Shown one piece after another: positions 1 through 7,328 of a DNA stretch of 20,865 bases (position 1 is the first letter of the stretch; the number at the start of each line of letters is the position of its first letter). The stretch is from Candidatus Methylomirabilia bacterium. Its GTDB lineage: Bacteria; Methylomirabilota; Methylomirabilia; Rokubacteriales; CSP1-6. The translations under genes and the position numbers were made by a program. The stretch is taken from the NCBI GenBank assembly GCA_046758965.1, contig JBHIBG010000044.1, positions 1 through 20,865 of the forward strand. The letters run 5' to 3'. The notes under the pieces are model-generated. The model searched no databases. It was not told where the DNA came from and was given only the letters and a program-made list of their open reading frames with translations.

Positions 1-2
1 TC

Positions 3-332
3 GCCTACGTGGAGGCGCGGGCAGCCTTCGCCAGGCGACGGTATGAGGGAGCGCTGTCGAGTGGAGATTGCCGGAGAATCGTCCGGGATCTTGATGCCGA
101 CTGGGCCCGCTATCTGGCCGTCGAGGTCACGGATTCGCTCATCCGAGAGGGCACCCGGCTCGCTGCGGCGCATCGGTTGAGGGCCTACGACGCGCTCCAC
201 GTGGCTTCGGCGGTTGCCGTCCATGGGCGGCTCGCTGAGCCTGTTGTTTTTGCCTCCTGGGACCTCGGTCTCGAAAAGGCGGCGAAGAGAGAAGGGCTTG
301 AGTTGCTCCCGCGGCCAAGTGCAGGGCTGTAG
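3..332 (+). CDS. vapC: PIN-domain (VapC-like) toxin, 5'-truncated by the window edge
   Basis: Frame is open from the window start (AYVEARAAFARR...). PIN motifs 'LRAYDALHVASA' and 'FASWD..L..AA..EGL'; stop TAG at 330-332. Confidence 0.85.
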   Translation, partial: AYVEARAAFARRRYEGALSSGDCRRIVRDLDADWARYLAVEVTDSLIREGTRLAAAHRLRAYDALHVASAVAVHGRLAEPVVFASWDLGLEKAAKREGLELLPRPSAGL

Positions 333-377
333 TCTAACTCCCTCATGTTCGCCTGCCCGTAACTCCTGGGGGAGCAC

Positions 378-752
378 ATGACGGCTCCCGCGGTGCTCAT
401 CTACGACAGCGCCTGCCCCATCTGCCGGGGCGGGATGCGCTGGGTGCAGCGCCGCGCACTGCCCGGCCAGTTCGAATTCCTGCCGTGCCAGTCGCTGGAG
501 CGGCGCTCGCGCTTTCCTTGGATGGCTGAGCAGACCTGCCTTGAGGCCATGCAGCTTGTTCTTGCCGATGGGCGTGTCCTCCCGCGTGATGCCGCCATCT
601 CCGAGATTCTCAACCGGCTCCGCGGGTGGCGGTGGCTGGGGGCTTGCTTCAGACTTCCTGGGGTGGGGCTTCTCGCTCCTCGTGTGTATGCGTGGGTGGC
701 CCGGAACCGCTACGCGATTTCCTGCGCGCTCGGCACCCGCGTTAAAGAGTGA
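378..752 (+). CDS. DUF393 / DCC-family thiol-disulfide oxidoreductase-like protein
   Basis: N-terminal 'LIYDSACPIC' (DxxCxxC) and C-terminal 'YAWVARNRY', both typical of DCC1/DUF393; GGGGGAG SD just upstream. Confidence 0.85.
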   Translation: MTAPAVLIYDSACPICRGGMRWVQRRALPGQFEFLPCQSLERRSRFPWMAEQTCLEAMQLVLADGRVLPRDAAISEILNRLRGWRWLGACFRLPGVGLLAPRVYAWVARNRYAISCALGTRVKE

Positions 753-891
753 CCCGCCACCCGGGAATCGCCGCCATCTTCCCTCGCTGGGACCGGCCGG
801 CTTCGCGGGCGCTCCGTGGCAGTGGAAAGGTGTTGACAGCCCTCCGCGACATGGGATCAACTAGGGGCCAGATCCGAGAGGAGGGGGAACG

Positions 892-1509
892 ATGAAGCGC
901 TTAGTCGCCGTGACGGTCTTCCTGGCCTTCGTGATGGTGACGCTCTCCGGCTGTGCAGAGCTCCAGCAGGCGATCCGGGAGAATCCCAAGGCCGTCCTGG
1001 GGGCGGCGGCGGGAGCGGCAGGCGGGCTGCTAATCGGCGGGCTGGCCTTCAACAGCACCACGGCAGCGCTGGCGGGTGGTCTCATTGGCGCCCTGGGTGG
1101 CGGGATCCTCGGGTCTATCTTCGAGCGCCGGGAGCGGGGGTATGCCGAAACCACGAAGGAGTACAGCTACGACCCTCAGCAGGGGACCCGGGTCAAGGTG
1201 GAGAGCGTTTGGGTGAATCCGAGGCAGGTGAGGCCAGGGCAGACGGTCAATATCTTGGTGACCTATGCCTTGCTGCATCCGGACCCCGCTCAGACGATCG
1301 GAGTGACTGAGCGACGGGAGATCACGTTTGACGGCCAGCTGGTGGGTGATCCTGTTCTCCACATCAAGCGGCGGGCGGGAACCTGGTCGAGCGCCGTCCA
1401 GATCACTCTGCCCAAGGATGCCCGACCTGGAACCTATCAGACGCTGGTAACCGTCCGCGCCGGAAGCGGTCAGGGGGCCAGCACGACCACGTTTAACGTG
1501 CGGCTCTAG
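892..1509 (+). CDS. Glycine-zipper lipoprotein with beta-rich (Ig-like) C-terminal domain
   Basis: MKR + hydrophobic stretch + LSGC lipobox; GAAAGAAGGLLIGG...GGLIGALGGGILG glycine zipper; strong SD GAGGAGG upstream. Confidence 0.8.
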   Translation: MKRLVAVTVFLAFVMVTLSGCAELQQAIRENPKAVLGAAAGAAGGLLIGGLAFNSTTAALAGGLIGALGGGILGSIFERRERGYAETTKEYSYDPQQGTRVKVESVWVNPRQVRPGQTVNILVTYALLHPDPAQTIGVTERREITFDGQLVGDPVLHIKRRAGTWSSAVQITLPKDARPGTYQTLVTVRAGSGQGASTTTFNVRL

Positions 1510-1830
1510 TCAGCCGCCCGGCGATCGCCCCGGCGCATCGGGTGACCGGCTGCGGGCGACGCCGGGTGGAGTGGCCCCTCGCGCGCGACTGTCTTCCGCC
1601 TCGGCTCTGCGTCTCTATTTCACCCCCAGGTAATCTCCCGCCGAATCGCCGCGTTTGGATGGGTCGGAGGAACATTCTCCCTTCTCTCCGCGGGTGATCG
1701 GAGCCGGCCTGGCTGTCTCGTCGGCGGGAAGTGCCGTCAAATAGCCGCACCGTGGCAGGCCGGGGTGGCATGCCCGGGCGATGGAACGCGGTCCGGCACC
1801 GCTGGTCGCGGCTCGGGCGCGAGGCAAAAG

Positions 1831-1860
1831 TTGACAGTGTTCGGGAGAAGCCACTACCAT
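1831..1860 (+). promoter_or_regulatory. Sigma70-like promoter upstream of rlpA
   Basis: TTGACA (1831-1836), 18 nt spacer, TACCAT (1855-1860). Confidence 0.45.
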
Positions 1861-1882
1861 CGCTTTCGACGGCGGAAGTGAC

Positions 1883-2027
1883 TTGCCGGCAGTCGCACCT
1901 CGGATGTCTGGGTTCGCGGGCACTGGTCGCCGAGCGGAACCTGGGTCCCGGGACGGTACGAGGCCCGACCAGTCCTGGCGGGGTATCACCGGCGAGTCTG
2001 GGTGCGGGGTATTGGGTCCCGCAGTAG
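1883..2027 (+). pseudogene. Frameshifted remnant of a WXXGXW (YXWGXW)-repeat protein
   Basis: Joining three frames with two single-base gaps (~1903, ~2009) gives [48 protein letters not shown]. Confidence 0.55.
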
Positions 2028-2112
2028 GCTCAACGGAGACGACTCACCCCTGGCTCCAGTTTGTCAGCGCGATAGGTCGCTCTCAAAAGAGGGGCGCCGG
2101 CTCGCAGGGCCA

Positions 2113-2760
2113 ATGAACGCGTGGCGGGCCTGGGGGCTACTGCTGCTGGTCGTCCTCTCCGGCTGCGCCGCCCCGCGCGTCGTGGTGCGGCCTATCTCCC
2201 CGCTCGTTGGCGCCCAGCAGACCGGCAAGGCGTCCTGGTATGGCTTTTCTTTTCACGGGCGTCGCACCGCCAGCGGCGAGGTGTACAACATGTACCAACT
2301 GACGGCCGCTCACCGCACCCTGCCTCTGGGTACCGTGGTGCTGGTCACCAACCTCCGCAACGGTCGGTCGGTGCAGGTGCGGATCAACGACCGCGGTCCC
2401 TTCGTCGCCGGACGGATTATCGATCTCTCGTACGCCGCGGCGCGACTCTTGGGCGCTGTGAAGCCTGGGGTGATTCCTGTTCACCTGCGCGTTGTCGCTG
2501 CGCCGGGTCGGGTCTCTTCCCGGCGGGCGGTCGGATACGCGGTCCAGGTGGGAGCGTTCACCGATCCCGCCACGGCAGAGGCGCTCCGAGCCAACCTGGC
2601 ACCGCACGCCGGTCGGGTGGCGGTCAGTCCCCGGGTTGTCGGTGGGGTGACGTATTACCGGGTGCAGGTGGGGCCGTACGCCAGCCGGGAGAGCGCGGTG
2701 AGGTTCGCGGAGCAGCTGGCGGCCCGTGGCTATCCGGTCCTCGTGGTCGAGACGGAGTGA
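2113..2760 (+). CDS. rlpA: Septal ring lytic transglycosylase RlpA lipoprotein with C-terminal SPOR domain
   Basis: LSGC lipobox after ATG 2113; DPBB motifs 'GKASWYG', 'TASGE', 'TAAHRTLP', 'VRINDRGPF', 'IIDLS'; SPOR 'YAVQVGAF...YRVQVGPY'. Confidence 0.95.
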   Translation: MNAWRAWGLLLLVVLSGCAAPRVVVRPISPLVGAQQTGKASWYGFSFHGRRTASGEVYNMYQLTAAHRTLPLGTVVLVTNLRNGRSVQVRINDRGPFVAGRIIDLSYAAARLLGAVKPGVIPVHLRVVAAPGRVSSRRAVGYAVQVGAFTDPATAEALRANLAPHAGRVAVSPRVVGGVTYYRVQVGPYASRESAVRFAEQLAARGYPVLVVETE

Positions 2761-2767
2761 GGCCCCG

Positions 2768-3454
2768 ATGTCACCAGCGACTCGACTCTACGACGTGATC
2801 ACCTTCGACTGTTACGGAACGCTGATCGACTGGGAGAGCGGCATCAGCGCGGCGTTCGCCGGAGCGGCGGCGCGCGATGGGATCGCGCTGGAGCCTTCCG
2901 CACTGCTGGCGGCTTACGCGGAGGTCGCGCCCGTCATCGAGGCCGAATCCTATCGCAGCTACCGGGCAGTGCTCACGGAAACGGCGCAGCGGGTGGCGGA
3001 GAGGCTGGGGTGGACGGTGGCGGCCGAGCAGGCGCGCTTCCTGCCGGACAGCCTGCCGAACTGGAGACCCTTTCCCGACACCAACCCGGCTCTCGAACGG
3101 CTCGCCGCGGCAGGGTACCGCCTGGGCATCCTCTCGAACGTGGACGATGATCTCCTTCAGGCCACCACCCGCCACTTCAGCGCTCGCTTCGATCTCCTGG
3201 TCACCGCGCAGCAGGTCGGCTCGTACAAACCCGCCCACGGCCACTTCCTCACGGCGCGTGAGCGCGTTGGGAGCCACCGCTGGCTCCACGCGGCCCAGAG
3301 CCACTTCCACGACATCGCCCCCGCACAGGGGCTCGGGATCCCCGTTTCGTGGATCAACCGCAAAGGCGAGCGGGCACCCGAGGGTCGTTCTCCCGACCGC
3401 GAGTTTCGCACCTTGGCGGAGCTCGCGGAGTGGTTGGCGCCGGTCGCCCACTGA
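2768..3454 (+). CDS. HAD-superfamily hydrolase, haloacid dehalogenase type II-like
   Basis: Motif I 'TFDCYGTLIDWE', 'LSN', 'SYKP', 'HAAQSHFHDI'; ATG at 2768, 7 nt after the rlpA stop. Confidence 0.9.
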   Translation: MSPATRLYDVITFDCYGTLIDWESGISAAFAGAAARDGIALEPSALLAAYAEVAPVIEAESYRSYRAVLTETAQRVAERLGWTVAAEQARFLPDSLPNWRPFPDTNPALERLAAAGYRLGILSNVDDDLLQATTRHFSARFDLLVTAQQVGSYKPAHGHFLTARERVGSHRWLHAAQSHFHDIAPAQGLGIPVSWINRKGERAPEGRSPDREFRTLAELAEWLAPVAH

Positions 3455-3468
3455 TCAGGGAGAACGAC

Positions 3469-4683
3469 TCAGGCCACCCGCTCTCCGGGCGCCGAGACGG
3501 GGGGCGCCGGGTCTTTCACCGTGACGAGGAAGAGCAGGGCCGTCGCCGCCATGAAGGCCGCGATGAGGCTGAAAGCTGGCGGGTAGGAGAGGGAGGCGAT
3601 CAAGAAGCCGGCCAGTATCGGCCCCGCCGCCTCGCCGCTGTCCCAGATGGTGCCGAACACTCCCATCGCTGATCCCATCCGGCCAGCCCTGACCAGGTCC
3701 GCCACCAGCGCCGTGGTCGACGGGGTGACGATGGCGACTCCGAGCCCAAAGAGCGCCGAGACCGGGAAGAGAAGCCAGAGGGAGACGAGTGTGGGGATCA
3801 CCGGCAGCGTGGCGGCGGAGAGGAAGAGCCCGGCCAGGATCATCGGCCTCCGCCCGAACTGGTCGGAGAGCCGCCCCGCGAGAGGCTTGGCGAGCATGGT
3901 CGTGGCGAGCTGAAACCCCATCACGAGGGCGATCTGCGCATCGTTGAGGCCGATCCCCTTCGCATAGGGAGGAAAGAAGCCGAGGAATGCTCCGTAGCCC
4001 ACGTAGAGAGCCGCTTCCAGCGTGGAGGCGATGATCACCGTGCGGCTTGAAAGAACCTCCCGGATCCCGCCCCAGAACTGTCGGGCGTGAGCGCCGAGGG
4101 TGGAGCCTGCGGCGCGGGGCTGCTCGTCATCGGGCAGGCGGAGGACGATGAGGAGCGGGAGCAGGCCGAGGAGGCCGACGGCGAAGTACGTGGTGCGGTA
4201 GCTGGCCGTGTAGAAGAGGAGAAGACCCCCGAGGAGCGGTCCCGCAGTCGCCCCCAAGTCGTTCGCCGAAGCAAACCAGCCGAGCTTGGCGCCGCGCCCC
4301 CGGGGGGAGAGGTCGGCCACTGAGGCCGCGGCCACGGGCGAGAAGAGAGCGGTGGCGGAGCCGTGGAGGAAACGCAGCGCCAAGAGGGCTCCGGGAGAGT
4401 GGACGAACGGGTAGAGGAACGGGGGGGCCGCGAAGAAGAGGCACCCGAGCATCATCACGCGCTTGCGTCCGAGCACGTCGGAGAGCGCTCCCGCCGGGAG
4501 CTTGATGACGATCCCGGTGACAGTCGAAGCTGCCACGATCAGCCCGATCAGCTCTGGAGCTGCGCCGAGGTCCTGGGCAAAGCGCGGGAGGACCGGGCTG
4601 CGAGCCATCTGATAGCCGAAGCGGGCCAGGAACCCGGCCAGCAGCAGGGTCATCAACGGCGTCATGGGGTGCGTGGCAGCCAT
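3469..4683 (-). CDS. MFS transporter
   Basis: About 12 hydrophobic segments; MFS motif A twice ('GALSDVLGRKR', 'GRLSDQFGRRP'). Start trimmed to ATG 4683 (ATG 4665 is also possible). Confidence 0.92.
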   Translation of the reverse strand: MAATHPMTPLMTLLLAGFLARFGYQMARSPVLPRFAQDLGAAPELIGLIVAASTVTGIVIKLPAGALSDVLGRKRVMMLGCLFFAAPPFLYPFVHSPGALLALRFLHGSATALFSPVAAASVADLSPRGRGAKLGWFASANDLGATAGPLLGGLLLFYTASYRTTYFAVGLLGLLPLLIVLRLPDDEQPRAAGSTLGAHARQFWGGIREVLSSRTVIIASTLEAALYVGYGAFLGFFPPYAKGIGLNDAQIALVMGFQLATTMLAKPLAGRLSDQFGRRPMILAGLFLSAATLPVIPTLVSLWLLFPVSALFGLGVAIVTPSTTALVADLVRAGRMGSAMGVFGTIWDSGEAAGPILAGFLIASLSYPPAFSLIAAFMAATALLFLVTVKDPAPPVSAPGERVA

Positions 4684-4709
4684 TGTCCGTGACGACGGTT
4701 CGGCCGACC

Positions 4710-4718
4710 AGTCTAGCA
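4710..4718 (-). promoter_or_regulatory. Extended -10 element for the MFS gene
   Basis: Minus strand reads TG-C-TAGACT about 26 nt upstream of ATG 4683. Confidence 0.35.
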
Positions 4719-4836
4719 CGCTTGCCCTGAAGCCCCGGGCTAGGTGATGGCAGGCCTCCTTCGGGTCTCCGGGGTTTTTTTCTTGACTGTACAGCCAATC
4801 ATGTGTTGAGTATATAGAAAGGAGGCGTTGAAGAAG

Positions 4837-5121
4837 ATGAATGCCTTGAGCCACCTCTTGACAGCTGATGTCTGTGGGTCGGTGGAACGGATCGCCGCTA
4901 CCTCGGAGGAAGGAACGGTGGGCTTTGTAGCGGCTTACCACCCAGCGCTTCGGGCCCGCGTGGAGGACGCCGAGACTCGGCTTGCCGCCCTCAGAGCCGA
5001 CCTCCTCGACCGGTACACGATCTGGGAACAGACCCTGATGGAAATCGAGATGCTTTGGGCCCTAGCAGGGTGGGAAGCGAAGCAGCCGGGCGCTGCCGAG
5101 GCCCTCCGGACGGCAGCCTGA
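4837..5121 (+). CDS. Small helical hypothetical protein
   Basis: Strong SD AGAAAGGAGG (4816-4825); ATG 4837 (TTG 4828 is too close to the SD); coiled-coil-like 'LRARVEDAETRLAALRADLL'; fills the gap between flanking genes. Confidence 0.7.
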   Translation: MNALSHLLTADVCGSVERIAATSEEGTVGFVAAYHPALRARVEDAETRLAALRADLLDRYTIWEQTLMEIEMLWALAGWEAKQPGAAEALRTAA

Positions 5122-5142
5122 ACCCTCAGCCGCTGCCGAGCA

Positions 5143-5170
5143 GACGGTCCGGCGGGCTTCGCGGACCGTC
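5143..5170. terminator. Stem-loop between convergent genes (possible terminator)
   Basis: GACGGTCCG (5143-5151) / CGGACCGTC (5162-5170) perfect 9-bp stem, 10-nt loop; no U-tract follows it on either strand. Confidence 0.4.
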
Positions 5171-6332
5171 AAAAAACCCAGTCCAGGCCGAGCACCACGG
5201 GGAAGAAGCCGGTATCCAGATGCGAGCCGAAGAGGAACCGGCCGCTGGCGGGGGTGTCCGTCCCGGATGTCTCGACACGCGTACCTGGCCCTCGGGTGGC
5301 ATCAACGTCCGGGGTGACGATGAACCGCGCCTCTACACGGAGTCGAAGATGCGAGGCCAGGGGCGCCGCGATGCCGGTGAGGACGCTGACGCTGGGGCCG
5401 ATTTCCTCGGCGCCAGGGCTCACGCTGCTCAGGACCGCCCCACCCCCAAACCCCGCGTAGGCAAAGACGCCCCTGGTGGGGAGGAGCGGGACCCGACCGA
5501 GCAGGCTGAGGAACAGCGCGGTCCGCTCCTGGGTCACAGTCAGCTCGGGGGGCGTTCCTGGCTGGGTCTCAGTAGAAACTCTCCAGTGGACGGCGTCGAG
5601 CTGAAGGCCGAAAGCCGGGAACTGCTCACCCCAGACGGTGATGGTTAGGCCGCCGAACGGACCGGGCGAGACCGACCGATCCCGCTGCTCGTCCGCACTC
5701 AGCAGCTGGCTGCCTGGCCCGAACTGCTTCACCTTCAGGTCTTGGTCGGCGCCGAACACGGCGCCTCCGGTGAGGCCGATGCTGACTTCCGCGGTGGCGG
5801 GAGTGGGCAGCGCCCCGAGCGGGACCGAGAGCGTTGCGAGGGCGACGAGGGCCCGGCTGCGCCGCCAGCGGGGAAGGAGGCGGCTGAGCAGGCCAAGGTG
5901 AGGAGCTGGCGGAGCCGCGAGCCGTTCCTCGACGAAGGCGGCCCTGAGCTGCTCGAACTGTTGCCAGTAGTCGGGCAGCCGCTGGGCCAGGCTCACCTGG
6001 ATGGCCAGGAGGCGTTGAGGCTCCTCATCCCCGAGAGCCGCCGCGGCCTCGCTCACGTGCGCCTGCTCGGCTTCGGACAGTCGGGCCCAGAACGCCCTGT
6101 GAAGGCAGAGGAGGAATTCGCGCACCAGCCCGGTGAATTGCTGGCGGTCCGTTTGGCTGCTCTTGTCGGGGGTTGGCCGGCCGTGACGTTGGCGGCGCTG
6201 GACCATGAGGTCCAGGCAGACGAACTCCACGGCTTCCTCCAGGCGCTCGCGGACCTGGGCGTTGATCCGCTCAAGGAGGGTTCGGGAGTCCTCGGGGTCC
6301 CGGCGGAGCGAGGTGCCGAACCGGGCGCTCAC
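5169..6332 (-). CDS. Fusion: ~155-aa helical hypothetical domain + internal signal peptide + outer-membrane beta-barrel
   Basis: Single 387-aa ORF whose GTG overlaps the upstream stop (GTGA). Residues ~156-181 'WRRSRALVALATLSVPLGALPTPATA'; C-terminal amphipathic strands ('FAYAGFGGG', 'LRLRVEARF') ending 'VVLGLDWVF'. Confidence 0.7.
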   Translation of the reverse strand: MSARFGTSLRRDPEDSRTLLERINAQVRERLEEAVEFVCLDLMVQRRQRHGRPTPDKSSQTDRQQFTGLVREFLLCLHRAFWARLSEAEQAHVSEAAAALGDEEPQRLLAIQVSLAQRLPDYWQQFEQLRAAFVEERLAAPPAPHLGLLSRLLPRWRRSRALVALATLSVPLGALPTPATAEVSIGLTGGAVFGADQDLKVKQFGPGSQLLSADEQRDRSVSPGPFGGLTITVWGEQFPAFGLQLDAVHWRVSTETQPGTPPELTVTQERTALFLSLLGRVPLLPTRGVFAYAGFGGGAVLSSVSPGAEEIGPSVSVLTGIAAPLASHLRLRVEARFIVTPDVDATRGPGTRVETSGTDTPASGRFLFGSHLDTGFFPVVLGLDWVF

Positions 6333-7228
6333 GAGGCCAGCATCCGCTGTAGGCCGTCGGGAAACTCGATAGGCGTCAGGTCAAAGGTGTTGAAGAACGT
6401 CCCGCACTCGCAGACGTTTGACTCCTCCAGCATAAGGAGTTGGTCCGACGTGAGCGGGAAGAAGGGCAGGCGCTCGAGGACAAAGACCACCGGACGCATC
6501 AGCCACAGGGGCTCGTAGAGCTTCCGAACCTCCGGCTTTCCCAGGACAGTCCCGATCAGATCGACGATTTCTGTAAAGGCATAGGCGCGCGGCCCCCCGA
6601 CCTCGTACGTCTGGCCCACGGTCGTCCCCCGTTCCACCGCCCGGGCGAAACCTTCGGCCACTTGCTCCACCGGAACCGGCTGGAGCCGATACCGCCCATC
6701 GCCGATTACCGGCACTATGGGAAGACGGCGCACCAGGCGGGCCAGCATGGTGATGAAGCCATCTCCCGGACCGTAGATCACCGAAGGGCGGAACACGGTC
6801 CACTCGAGCTTGCTTTGCCGCACGGCCTCCTCGGCCTGCCACTTGGTCTGGTGGTAGCGCGAACGCGCGCTGGGGCGGGTCCCGAGGGCGCTCATCTGCA
6901 GGTAGCGGCGCACCCCCGCACTCTCAGCGGCCCCCACCACGTTGGCCGTGGCCACGGGATGAAGGCGTTTGAAGGTGACGCCGCGGCTTGGGTGCTCCCG
7001 GATGATCCCCACCAGGTGGATCACGGTGTCGCATCCCTGCATCGAGGCCGCGAGCCCTTGCTGGCTCAGCACATCTCCGGGGACTCGCTCGATCGCCTCG
7101 AAGCCCCGCAGGTGCTGCTCAGAGCCGGGACGGACCAGGCAACGGACGGTGAGGCCTCGAGCCTGAAGGGCATGGATCACCGCCTTGCCCACGAACCCCG
7201 TCCCGCCGGTCAGGAACACCCGCGACAT
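6329..7228 (-). CDS. NAD(P)-binding atypical SDR, complex I NDUFA9-like family
   Basis: 'VFLTGGTGFVG' Rossmann motif, 'IHLVGII', 'QMSALG', 'YHQTK' (YxxxK), 'RPSVIYG'; start ATG 7228 with AGGA SD and a TG-C-TAGGAT upstream. Confidence 0.92.
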   Translation of the reverse strand: MSRVFLTGGTGFVGKAVIHALQARGLTVRCLVRPGSEQHLRGFEAIERVPGDVLSQQGLAASMQGCDTVIHLVGIIREHPSRGVTFKRLHPVATANVVGAAESAGVRRYLQMSALGTRPSARSRYHQTKWQAEEAVRQSKLEWTVFRPSVIYGPGDGFITMLARLVRRLPIVPVIGDGRYRLQPVPVEQVAEGFARAVERGTTVGQTYEVGGPRAYAFTEIVDLIGTVLGKPEVRKLYEPLWLMRPVVFVLERLPFFPLTSDQLLMLEESNVCECGTFFNTFDLTPIEFPDGLQRMLAS

Positions 7229-7328
7229 GGCGCCGATATCCTGGCGAATCCTAGCACTCTGTCCAGGGCCCCGCAACGGCCCGCGTTTTTTCTCTCCGCG
7301 CCTTGTTACCGGTCGGTATCATGGCGCC

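Noticed and set aside
1493..1989. Minus-strand ORFs 1493-1771 and 1615-1989
   Set aside because: Low-complexity translations without motifs; the plus-strand repeat remnant explains the region better.
4741..4781. Possible fluoride riboswitch (GGTGATGG start)
   Set aside because: Lacks the complementary TCACC/TCGCC arm and the downstream GCT.ATGAC pseudoknot consensus.
4684..4941. Extended N-terminus of the MFS ORF
   Set aside because: Runs through the divergent promoter region and the opposite gene; no transporter character.
7266..7291. GGGCC/GGCCC hairpin plus T-run as a terminator
   Set aside because: Only a 5-bp stem, offset from the T-run, between divergent genes with no upstream plus-strand gene to terminate.
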